Assembly (NCBI GenBank): GCA_965223415.1
Contig: OZ245002.1
Location: forward strand, 4,736,001 to 4,800,000
Source of the DNA: Myxococcota bacterium
Lineage (GTDB): Bacteria > Myxococcota_A > UBA9160 > UBA6930
Reading direction: 5' to 3'
DNA length: 64,000 bases
Position 1 is the stretch's first letter, and each line of letters begins with the position of its first letter. The notes below the pieces were generated by a model, which saw nothing but the letters and a program-made list of their open reading frames with translations, did not search any database and was not told the origin of the DNA. This document shows positions 19,395-28,540 of this stretch, one piece after another. The position numbers and the translations under genes are program-made.

Positions 19395-21017
19395 CTAGTC
19401 GCGCCGGTCGAGCAGGTTGCGATCCCGGTACAGCTGCTTCCGGAAGCGAGGAGGCGTGGGCAGCTCGTACACCGAGGCGCCGGGCGCCGGCGTCGCGATC
19501 CGGTGGAGCCGCACCGCCTCCCCGGGCAGGGACGCGCGAAGGGCGGGGTAGTGATCCGGGTCGTCGCTCAGGATCAGGTGGGAGGCGCCCTTGGTCCACA
19601 GTTTGCCCGCCGAGCGCTCCTCTGGGTGGATCTTCACGTGGGGCGAGCCGGCGTAGTAGGCGATCCGTCGCTTGCGGGCCGCGACCCCGCGCACCGGGCC
19701 CTCGTGGGCGGCCAGCCACTCGGCGGCGTCGCGCTGCGCCCGCGAGTCGGTGCGGTCTGGCCGCAGCGCCTTGCCGAGTCCCACGCCCGCGACGGCGAGC
19801 AGCAGCACGACGAGGGCGACGCGGCGGGCCCGCCCTGCGCGTTCGGCAAGCGCCAGCGCGCCCGCCGCCAGGTAGCCGAAGGTCAGCACCAGCGGGGGCA
19901 GCGCGTGACGCCCGCTCACGTAGCCCACGTTGGCGGCCAGCAGCAGCAGCACCGCCGCGTAGGCCAGCACGACGCCCGCGACGAAGCGCCCGCGACGCCC
20001 GGGCAGGCCCAGGCCCCCGAGGAGCAGCCCCGCTACGAGTAGCGCCGCGCCCTCGTAGCGGAGCGAGCGCAGATGCGTGCGCGCCACGTCAAAGACGGCC
20101 TCCGCATACCGTTCCCCGGTGGAGAGCTCCTTCCACCGGGTCGGGACGTCTTCCTGGGCCTGTCGGGGCCGGGGACGAGGCTTGATCCGTCCGTCCGCCG
20201 GCCGGCCGGCCCGGCTCACCCTGGGCAGCACCGGGTCCGGGCCGTCCCGGGGCGGGGCCTCGAGGCCGGCCATCACCGCCATGGACTTCTTCTGGGTGAA
20301 GGTCCACTCGCCCGTCTGGACGCGCAGGAAGCCCACGTAGGGTGCGACGACGAGGGCGGCGCCGAGGCCGATGGCGACCGCGAGCGCGAGGGCCCGGCGT
20401 GCCGGCGCCCCCTCGCGCCAGGCTTCGAACAAGGCGAGCCCCCCCGCGACCAGGGCGATGCCGAGCCCCTCGGGCCGCGCCAGGTAGGCGAGGCCCGCCA
20501 CGAGCCCGCCGGCCAGGCCGAGCATGGGCTTCTGGCCCGCCAACGCCTTCCAGAGCAGGAGCGCTGCGCCGACGAAGCAGAGCAGATACGCGCCCTCGCT
20601 CTGGATGTCGCCGGTGTACTCGATGGCTCCGGGGTGGACGGCGAGGAGCAGCGCCGCGATGGCCGCCGGCGGGCGGCCGTGGAGCTCGCGCACGAAGCCG
20701 TACAGGGCCACCACGGCCAGGCTGCCGCACAGGATCGAGACGCCGACCGCTGCGGCTTCCCAGCTGGCGACCGGACCGTGAACCAAAGCCACGAGGCCCG
20801 AGTAGAGCGGGTGGAAGGGATGGGCCAGGGCCTGGTCCGGGAGCCCCGCTTCGATCGCCTGGGCCAGGGCCAGGAAGACCGGCCCGTCGTTGAACATCAC
20901 GGCCAGGCCGAGCCAGCGGACGACCCGCACGGCCACCGCCACCAGGACGATCCCCGCCAGCCACCCGGCCTCTCGGCGCGGCGGCACGGCTCGGGCTTCG
21001 GTGCGGTCGGCAGCCAT
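19395..21017 (-). CDS. Glycosyltransferase family 39/ArnT-like integral membrane protein
   Basis: Multi-TM; NDG..F, HPLYS, QSEGAY, LARPEG motifs. Confidence 0.7.
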   Translation of the reverse strand: MAADRTEARAVPPRREAGWLAGIVLVAVAVRVVRWLGLAVMFNDGPVFLALAQAIEAGLPDQALAHPFHPLYSGLVALVHGPVASWEAAAVGVSILCGSLAVVALYGFVRELHGRPPAAIAALLLAVHPGAIEYTGDIQSEGAYLLCFVGAALLLWKALAGQKPMLGLAGGLVAGLAYLARPEGLGIALVAGGLALFEAWREGAPARRALALAVAIGLGAALVVAPYVGFLRVQTGEWTFTQKKSMAVMAGLEAPPRDGPDPVLPRVSRAGRPADGRIKPRPRPRQAQEDVPTRWKELSTGERYAEAVFDVARTHLRSLRYEGAALLVAGLLLGGLGLPGRRGRFVAGVVLAYAAVLLLLAANVGYVSGRHALPPLVLTFGYLAAGALALAERAGRARRVALVVLLLAVAGVGLGKALRPDRTDSRAQRDAAEWLAAHEGPVRGVAARKRRIAYYAGSPHVKIHPEERSAGKLWTKGASHLILSDDPDHYPALRASLPGEAVRLHRIATPAPGASVYELPTPPRFRKQLYRDRNLLDRRD

Positions 21018-21095
21018 GGGGCGCGGGAAGGTAGGCCACGGGCGTGAAGTTGCGATGGAACCCTGGGCCGGGGATCGGGGGTGTATGCTCGGCCC

Positions 21096-22550
21096 ATGGG
21101 GGACGGATACGAACGCCTCAGCGCCCAGGACGCGACCTTTCTCGACCTGGAGTCGCCGAGCCACCACCAGCACATCGCGGCGACGGTCGTCTTCGAAAGC
21201 GGGCCTCTGCGCACGCCGGAGGGTGGCGTCGACATCGATCGCATCCGCGACTACGTGGAGGCGCGGCTCCACCTGCTGCCGCGCTATCGGCAACGGCTGG
21301 CCACGATCCCGGTCGAGGGACACCCGGCCTGGGTCGACGACCCCCACTTCAACCTCGCCTACCACGTGCGCCACACGGCGCTGCCGCTCCCCGGGGACGC
21401 GGCCCAGCTCAAGGAGCTCTCGGGCCGCGTCCTCTCCCAGCCCCTCGATCGGGAGCGGCCTCTGTGGGAGATCTGGGTGGTGGAAGGCCTCGACGGGGGC
21501 GAGCGCTTCGCGTTGGTGCAGAAGGTCCACCACTGCATGATCGACGGCGTCTCGGGCGTCGACCTCATGGCCATCCTGATGAGCCCGGATCCGCAGGCCC
21601 CGACGCCGCCGGCCCCGCGTTGGCAGCCGCGTCCCGTGCCGAGCGGCTTCGAGATGCTGACCGGAGATCTCGCCCGGCGCTTCACCGATGCGCTCGACGC
21701 GGTGCGCTCCGCGCCCGAAGCGCTCCGCGATCCGCTGGGCTTCGTGGACCGGCTGCGCGAGGGCGCCCAGGCCCTGGGCGAGACCCTGGGCGCCGGTCTC
21801 CACAACGCCTCGGAGACGCCCATCAACCAGCCCCTCGGGCCCCACCGCAAGTTCGATTGGCTGGCCCTCGAGCTGCCGAGGGTGAAGCGGGTGAAGGACG
21901 CCCTCGGTGGCACCCTGAACGACGTCGTGCTCGCGACGGTGGCCGGCGCCCTGCGCCGCTTCTTCCAGCTCCGCCGGCTCGACCCGGACCTCCTCGGGAT
22001 CCGCGCCAACGTGCCGGTGAGCCTTCGCACCCGGGACGAGCAGGGGACGCTGGGCAACCGCATCGCGCTGCTGATGGCGGAGCTCCCGGTCGACGAGCCC
22101 GGCGCCGCCGCCCGCTTGGAGCGGGTTCGCGAAACGATGGCGCGGCTCAAGGGCTCCCGGCAGATCATGGGCGCCGAGGTGCTGGCGGCGGTGAGCGAGT
22201 GGACGAGCGCGACGTTGCTCTCGCTGGCCGTGCGCGTCGCCGCCCGCGGCCGCCCCTACAACCTGGTCGTCACCAACGTGCCCGGGCCCCAGCTGCCGCT
22301 CTACCTGCTCGGCGCGCGCCTGATCGCCTGCTACCCGGTCGTGAACTTGCTCCCGAGCCAGGGCCTGGGGGTCGCGCTCTTCAGCTACGCCGGCACGCTC
22401 TTCTGGGGCTTCACGGCGGATCTCGACCTGGTGCCCGATCTGGGCGCCTTCGGCGAGGCGGTGGACGACGCCTTCCGAGAGCTCGAGGGCGTGGCCGAGG
22501 CCGAGGAGAAGCGCGCGGCCCTGGCGGCCCGCGACTCCCGCGAGACCTAG
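21096..22550 (+). CDS. Wax ester synthase / diacylglycerol acyltransferase
   Basis: LSAQDATFL, PLDRERPLWE, catalytic HHCMIDG, TLNDVVL, VTNVPGP. Confidence 0.94.
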   Translation: MGDGYERLSAQDATFLDLESPSHHQHIAATVVFESGPLRTPEGGVDIDRIRDYVEARLHLLPRYRQRLATIPVEGHPAWVDDPHFNLAYHVRHTALPLPGDAAQLKELSGRVLSQPLDRERPLWEIWVVEGLDGGERFALVQKVHHCMIDGVSGVDLMAILMSPDPQAPTPPAPRWQPRPVPSGFEMLTGDLARRFTDALDAVRSAPEALRDPLGFVDRLREGAQALGETLGAGLHNASETPINQPLGPHRKFDWLALELPRVKRVKDALGGTLNDVVLATVAGALRRFFQLRRLDPDLLGIRANVPVSLRTRDEQGTLGNRIALLMAELPVDEPGAAARLERVRETMARLKGSRQIMGAEVLAAVSEWTSATLLSLAVRVAARGRPYNLVVTNVPGPQLPLYLLGARLIACYPVVNLLPSQGLGVALFSYAGTLFWGFTADLDLVPDLGAFGEAVDDAFRELEGVAEAEEKRAALAARDSRET

Positions 22551-22559
22551 CGAAGCCCC

Positions 22560-23270
22560 ATGGCCGTCCTGCGCATCGAAGGCCGCCTGTGCGGGCCTCC
22601 GGGAAACGCCAACGGTGGCGTGCTGGCGGGGCGCCTGGCCGAGCGGCTCGCCGCCGACGGGCCGACCGAGGTGACCTTCCTCGCTCCCTGTCCCGTCGAC
22701 GTGGACCTCGCGTTGGAGGAGAGGGACGGGGCGCTCTTCGCCCTCGCCGGAAGCGAGCCCGTGGCCCGTGCGCGGCCCGGCAAGCTGGACCTGAAGCCGC
22801 TCCCGGCGCCGAAGCCGCGCGCCGTGGCCGCGGTGGCGGGGCGATCCCGGGCGATGGCGACCCATCCCTTTCCCGGCTGCTTCGTCTGCGGCCCGGAGCG
22901 GGCCGACGGCCTGCGCATCTTTCCCGGCCCCATGGGCGCCGCCGCCGCGGCCTGCTGGACGCCGACCCCGGAGTGGGACGACGGCAGCGGCCACGTCCCC
23001 GCCTTCACCCTGTGGGCGGCCCTCGACTGCCCGAGCTCGTTCCCCCTGCTCGAGGATCCGGACGAGGCCGCGCGCCTCGAGCCGATTGTGCTCGGACGGA
23101 TGACGGCCCGTGTGTACGGTCCCCTCTGCGCCGGCGAGCCTGCCACGCTGATCGCCTGGCCCCTCGTCCAGGGCGAGCGGAAAGGCGAATCCGCCGTGGC
23201 GCTCCACGGCGAAGACAGGAGGCTCGTGGCCTTCGCCCGGGCTACGTGGGTGTCGGTCGCCGGTCGTTAG
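22560..23270 (+). CDS. Double hotdog-fold thioesterase-like protein
   Basis: CGPPGNANGG, CFVCG, WAALDCP. Confidence 0.7.
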   Translation: MAVLRIEGRLCGPPGNANGGVLAGRLAERLAADGPTEVTFLAPCPVDVDLALEERDGALFALAGSEPVARARPGKLDLKPLPAPKPRAVAAVAGRSRAMATHPFPGCFVCGPERADGLRIFPGPMGAAAAACWTPTPEWDDGSGHVPAFTLWAALDCPSSFPLLEDPDEAARLEPIVLGRMTARVYGPLCAGEPATLIAWPLVQGERKGESAVALHGEDRRLVAFARATWVSVAGR

Positions 23271-23273
23271 GCC

Positions 23274-24224
23274 TCAGGGCAGACGCGTGTGGAACAGCAG
23301 CGGGGGGCTGCCTCGCAGGGCGCGGCGCCAGCGGCGGTTCGGGTGGTCGAGCAACCAGGCCGGGAGCTCGTGGGTCGGCCGGAAGCCGAAGCGGCGCGGG
23401 AGCCGCGTGTAGAGGGAGCGCGGCGGGTGACCGCCGCGAAGCCGCCGTGCGCTCTCGAGGCCGTGCATCCAGACCTCGCGGATCCCGAGCTCGTCGTGCA
23501 GGAAGAAGAGGGCAGCCGAGAGCATCGCCTCGTCCCAGATCGGCTCGAGGGGCGCCAGGTCCTCGCGGCGGAAGACCTGCCAGCGGGTGTGGCTAGTGCG
23601 CTCGGAGAAGAGGCAGCGCAGGTAGTGCTCACGATCGGCGACCGACCAGCCGGCGACGTCCCGCTCCAGCTCGAGGGCGCGGCGCAGCCAGTCCCCCTGG
23701 ATCTCCTCGATCAGGGCCTGGCCGCGGGCCAGGTCGAGATCGAGTCGGACCCACGCCAGGGTGATGCCCGGGCGCCGCGAGACCGGATGGAGGGTCTCGT
23801 AGAAGGGATCGTCCCCGCTCGGTCGCAGGAGGCGCTGATAGCGCCGGGCGTGGCTGCGGGGCAGGTCGAGCCGCAGGACCAGGTTCCAGCCCGGGCGCGA
23901 GGTCTGGTACCAGTCGCTTCCCCACTCCCGGTCGTGGCCCCAGGCCGCGAGGGAGAGGCGGAAGTGGCGTGTCGCTGCCGCGGGCCAGAAGGCCTGGAAG
24001 AAGCCCGGCGGCACACGCCCGTCGTGCAGCTCGGAAAGGGCCGCACGCACCGATGGCTTGTGCAGCAGGAAGCCGTACGGGCCCGTTCGCAGCGAGCGGA
24101 TGCTCGCCCCGTCGGGGGCCGCCCAGCCCAGCAGCTGGAAGGCGTAGCGGTCGCGGAAGTAGGGGAAGACCGTGCGCCCGCGCGGCAGGCAGGCGACGAT
24201 CTCCCGCAGCGCGTGACGGTCCAA
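23274..24224 (-). CDS. Uncharacterised protein with IEEIQGDW motif
   Basis: TTG start with GGAG SD; globular-looking sequence (QTSRPGWNLVL, TLAWVRLD, LIEEIQGDW, PRSLYTRLP). Confidence 0.75.
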   Translation of the reverse strand: MDRHALREIVACLPRGRTVFPYFRDRYAFQLLGWAAPDGASIRSLRTGPYGFLLHKPSVRAALSELHDGRVPPGFFQAFWPAAATRHFRLSLAAWGHDREWGSDWYQTSRPGWNLVLRLDLPRSHARRYQRLLRPSGDDPFYETLHPVSRRPGITLAWVRLDLDLARGQALIEEIQGDWLRRALELERDVAGWSVADREHYLRCLFSERTSHTRWQVFRREDLAPLEPIWDEAMLSAALFFLHDELGIREVWMHGLESARRLRGGHPPRSLYTRLPRRFGFRPTHELPAWLLDHPNRRWRRALRGSPPLLFHTRLP

Positions 24225-24289
24225 GGGGACTCCGGTGCACGGGGAGGGGTACGCCGCGGGCGCGCGGCGCCGGGCGGAAGCGCGCGGCG

Positions 24290-24343
24290 CTAGGCCGCGG
24301 GGCCATTCCAGCGGATCGGGCGGAGCGAGATGCGAGCGAGCAT
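24290..24343 (-). CDS. Putative 17-aa leader peptide MLARISLRPIRWNGPAA
   Basis: GGAGG 5 nt before ATG; ends 65 nt upstream of the next start. Confidence 0.45.
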   Translation of the reverse strand: MLARISLRPIRWNGPAA

Positions 24344-24437
24344 GGCGGCCTCCGGAGTCCCCGGAGGCTAGGGCCCGAAGAAGGCCGGTCAAGCCCGCCT
24401 CGCCAACCGGCAACTGCGCCTCCTACACTCCCGGGCC

Positions 24438-25319
24438 ATGAAGACAGCCCACGGGCCGCCCCTGCGCGAGCACGCCGGCGGACGTGGCTGGCAGGGGCGG
24501 CTCTTCCGGATCATCTTCGAAGCCGACACGCCGACGGGCAAGCTCTTCGACGTCAGCCTGATCGTCGTGATCGCCGTCAGCATCTTCGCGGTCATGCTGG
24601 AGAGCGTCGCTCCGGTGCGCCTGCGCTACGGCACCGAGCTGCGCACCCTCGAGTGGGTGATCACCGCGCTCTTCACCGTCGAGTACGTGCTGCGCCTCGC
24701 CTGCGTCGCGAAGCCGGTGGGCTATGCGCGCAGCTTCTTCGGCGTGATCGATCTCCTCGCCATCCTGCCCACCTACCTGAGCCTGCTCCTTCCCGGCTCC
24801 CAGTCGCTGCTGGTGATCCGGGGCCTGCGGCTCCTGCGGGTGATGCGCATCTTCAAGCTGGCCGGCTACCTGGGCCAGGCCAACCTGCTGCTGAACGCCG
24901 TCCGCGCCAGCCGCGGCAAGATCCTCGTCTTCCTCGGCACCGTCCTGCTCCTCGACCTGATCCTGGGCTCCGCCATGTACCTGCTGGAGGGCGCCGAGGG
25001 CGGCTTCACGAGCATCCCCCGCGCCGTCTACTGGGCCATCGTCACGATGACGACCGTGGGCTACGGCGACATCGCCCCCGTGACGATCCCCGGCCAGATC
25101 CTGGCCGCTGCCGTCATGCTCCTCGGCTACGCCATCCTCGCCGTCCCCACCGGCATCGTCACCGCCGAGATCGTCGAGCAGGTGCGCCCCGCCGAGGTGA
25201 CCACCCGGAGCTGCCCCCACTGCACGTCCGAGGGCCACCGTTCCGACTCCCGCTTCTGCCGCGACTGCGGCGAGCGGTTGTCGGAGCTGGAACCGGAACC
25301 CGAATCCCCTAGCCGCTAA
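24438..25319 (+). CDS. Voltage-gated potassium channel-like ion transporter
   Basis: S4 RGLRLLRVMRIFK, selectivity filter TMTTVGYGD, C-terminal CPHC..FCRDCG Zn ribbon. Confidence 0.92.
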   Translation: MKTAHGPPLREHAGGRGWQGRLFRIIFEADTPTGKLFDVSLIVVIAVSIFAVMLESVAPVRLRYGTELRTLEWVITALFTVEYVLRLACVAKPVGYARSFFGVIDLLAILPTYLSLLLPGSQSLLVIRGLRLLRVMRIFKLAGYLGQANLLLNAVRASRGKILVFLGTVLLLDLILGSAMYLLEGAEGGFTSIPRAVYWAIVTMTTVGYGDIAPVTIPGQILAAAVMLLGYAILAVPTGIVTAEIVEQVRPAEVTTRSCPHCTSEGHRSDSRFCRDCGERLSELEPEPESPSR

Positions 25320-25332
25320 GCTCTGCGGCTCC

Positions 25333-25409
25333 GCCCCCGTAGCTCAGTTGGATAGAGCGCCGGTTTCCTAAACCGGGTGTCAGAGGTTCGAGTCCTCTCG
25401 GGGGCGCCA
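25333..25409 (+). tRNA. tRNA-Arg (CCT)
   Basis: GCCCCCG acceptor stem, TAGCTCAGTTGGATAGAGC D-arm, CCGGT-TT-CCT-AA-ACCGG anticodon arm, GGTTCGAGTCC, encoded CCA. Confidence 0.97.
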
Positions 25410-25552
25410 GGGATTTCGCGGGGTTACAGTGCCCTCAGCGCCCAAAGCAGCGGGCACCAGCTTCGCGAGGAAGGTCCGAGTAAGGCAGCCAGTGGGCTGA
25501 CGGGACGTTCGGCAGGCGATGGCAGCCGGTTGCGGTTCCGGGGAGAGCGTTG

Positions 25553-25831
25553 TTGGCAATCTGGAAGCCGGAAACGACGAACCTCGCTTCATCGAGCTCG
25601 GCGCCGGGAATGCACCATGACACTGTGATCGTGCGAGCGGATTCGGCGGAGGCGGCCCGTGAACTGGCGTGCGAGGCGTTCGGGGTCGGAGGGATTGCTG
25701 CGAGTGTGCATTAGCGCGACTGCTCCGATCCATGGCATCAGGAGACGTTCGTGAGCTGCACCTTCGTGGACGACACAGGCTACCCGCCGGATGGCGAGTC
25801 GCGTGTGCTCGAGCCGCTTACCGCGACATAG
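25553..25831 (+). pseudogene. Small hypothetical gene (92 codons) with in-frame TAG at 25712-25714
   Basis: TTG after GGGGAGAG; reads LAIWKP..VIVRADSAEAARELACEAFG..VH*RDCSDPWHQETFVSC..GYPPDGESRVLEP; absent from the ORF track. Confidence 0.5.
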
Positions 25832-25853
25832 CCGCACCATCCAGGAAGCGCCG

Positions 25854-27131
25854 TTGAGCGAACCGATCGTCTTCGTTTCGTACTCGTATGATTCCGAGTC
25901 CCACATCGAGTGGGTCGTCCGCCTGGCATCCGATCTCCGCCGCAACGGCGTGGACGCCAAGATCGACAAGTGGGATCTGGCTCTGGGACAGGATGTGGCC
26001 GTGTTCATGACGCGGAGCATCACGGATGCGGAACGGGTCCTGCTGATCTGCTCGGAAAAGTACGTCCAGAAGGCCGAACAGGGAGCTGGGGGCGTGGCAT
26101 TCGAGCTCTCGGTCGTGACGAACCAGCTCGTCCAGAGCATCGACACTCGATAGTTCCTACCGCTCGTTCGCGGCAACAGCTTGGACCAGAAGATCCCGGC
26201 GTTCTTGGGCCCGCGGAAGTGGCTCGACTTCGAGGACGACCAAGCCTACGAGGAACGGCTCGACGAGCTCCTCAGGGAGCTCCACGGCGTACCTCCCGCC
26301 GGCAAACCCCCTCTGGGTGCGAATCCCTTCTCCGGGTCGACACCGCCCGCACGCGGCCCGAGCCGTTCGGCCGGCCCAACCGGCCGGACGTCAGCTGGAG
26401 CAATCCTCGACGAGGCCTGGTTTGCAGCGCAGGCTGAGGCAGCTAGCGACGGCATCTCGGCGGTGGGACTGGATGGCGCGATGGAGGTGCGGGCGGCCCT
26501 TCACGAGTCGATTGAGGCGCCTCAGATTGAGCTGCTGAGCGCGGTGCGCTCGTCTCAGATTCAGACTTTCGGCTGGCCCATTGCCGCACTTGTCGAGGGT
26601 GGCGTTGACGAGTATCGCCCTCGACCGGTGGAGGACGGGATCCGGGCTGAGATCTCGATCGGAGATGACAAGTTCAGCGGCCGGACGTCATACGACTATT
26701 GGGCAGCCCGTACCAACGGCGATTTCTTTCTACTCCAGAGCCTCTTCGAGGACCAGCGCTCGGAGCAGAAGATCTTCTTCAATACCCGGATCGTCAGGGT
26801 GGCGGAGACCCTGATGTTCTTCCGAAGCTTCTACGATTCGCTAGGCGTTCCTGGTGGGGCCCTACTGAGTGTTGCGCTGACCCACGACGGTTTGGCCGGT
26901 CGGGAGCTGACCGCATCCACGCCAAACCGGCAGATTCTCCCGGGTGCCAGGGCATTGGAGCCCAAGGCCCGCACCGAGCACACCTTGGTCCTTGGCTCGA
27001 TCGACGACGACCTTGCCGGAAACGTCCAGCGGCTGCTGGCGCCCATGTTCATGCTGTTCGACTTCCGCGAGTTCGGGGAAGGCATCTATGCGGACATTGC
27101 CGACCGATTCCGGAACGGCGAAGTCACCTAG
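25854..27131 (+). pseudogene. TIR/SEFIR-domain protein with in-frame TAG at 26151-26153
   Basis: VFVSYSYDSESHIEWV..L..NGVDAKIDKW..GGVAFE; ORFs 25791-26153 and 26181-27131 share a frame; DTR*FLPLVR..IPAFL continues the TIR fold. Confidence 0.85.
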
Positions 27132-28540
27132 GCTACTTCCCGTCCAAGAACTCGTAAGTCACTGAGAAGAAAAGGAATTGGCGCAAACGCGCCTCCCGAT
27201 CGAGTTGCGATTGGTGTATGTTAGGTGGTGCCAACCTACCGAACATACACAGCAATTCGCCAACCGGGGGGTGAAGCGATGCGCCAATTCCGAGAAACTC
27301 AGCTCTCACTCACGCCCACATGGGGTCCGCATCAACATACCCGAGAGCTGCAGATGATCGCCAGGATCCTCGGGGCGGATCCGCGCTTGGGTGCTGTTGT
27401 GCACGGAGATCTGATCGGGGAACGTCGCGCCGATACCGGCCGTCGGGGCCTCAGCGGCGATCAGGTCCTTCGAATCGCCCTACTCAAGCAGATCCACGGG
27501 CTGAGCTACCGGGAGTTGGAGTTTCACCTCCAGGACTCGGCCGCCTTCCGCAGCTTCGTAGGACTCGGGCTTGGTGACTGGCCCCGCTTCCAGACCCTTC
27601 AGGACAACGTCAAACGGATCCGGCCCGAGACGTGGGAAGCCATCCACCGTGCGTTGATCGGCCTGGCTCGCCGGGAAGGAATCGAACGAGGCGAGACGAT
27701 TCGGGCGGATACGACGGTCGTCGAGGCGAACATCCACGAGCCCGCCGACTCGGCCCTGCTCTGGGACAGCGTTCGGGTGATGACGCGGATTTTGCGAAGG
27801 ATGGCGAAGCAACGCCCTTCGCTGCGCAAGATGTTCCCGGATCGTCGTCGTTGCGTGAAGCGACGCGCCTACGCGATCAAGTTCCACCGGCGGTCGATCA
27901 ACCTGGTCGCGAGCTATCGGTGCATGATCCGGGCCACGGAAGAGGTCTGCCAAGCGGCCCGTAGCGTCGCGGAGAGGGTCGCCCGAGTCGAAGACACGAC
28001 GCCGCTTCGCGAAGAGCTCCTCGCGGTGCTTCCCCTCGTCGAGCGCGTCATCGATCAGAGCCGTCGCCGTGTCCTCGAAGGCGAGCGCGTCCCTGCAGCC
28101 GAGAAGATCGTGTCGATCTTCGAGCCGCACTCGGACATCCTCGTGAAGGACAATCGAGGCACCTACTACGGTCACAAGGTCTGTCTGACTGGCGGCAGGT
28201 CGTCACTCGTCCTCGACTGTGTCATCGAGGAAGGAAACCCTACGGACTCGACGCTGGTCGAACGTACGCTCGAGCGCCATGCAGATCTCTTCGGCAAGGC
28301 ACCCCGCCAAGTGGCGATGGACGGAGGCTTCGCGTCCATGGACAACGTTGCCAAGGCCAAGGCGCTCGGCGTGGAAGACATGGCCTTCAACAAGAAGAGC
28401 GGACTCGAGGTCCACGAGATGGTGCGCAGCGCCTGGGTCTTCCGGCGCCTTCGTGACTGTCGCAGGACGTGATATTCGAGGGCTAAGAGGACACGTAGAT
28501 TTGCGCACCTCCTGTTGAGCCGCTGCGCGGCACGTTCCCC

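Noticed and set aside
25377..25733. ORF-track calls overlapping tRNA-Arg
   Set aside because: Overlap the tRNA and lack protein-like character
25553..27131. Genome-wide or element-wide TAG reassignment
   Set aside because: Many host genes and both islet genes terminate at TAG; no suppressor tRNA in the window
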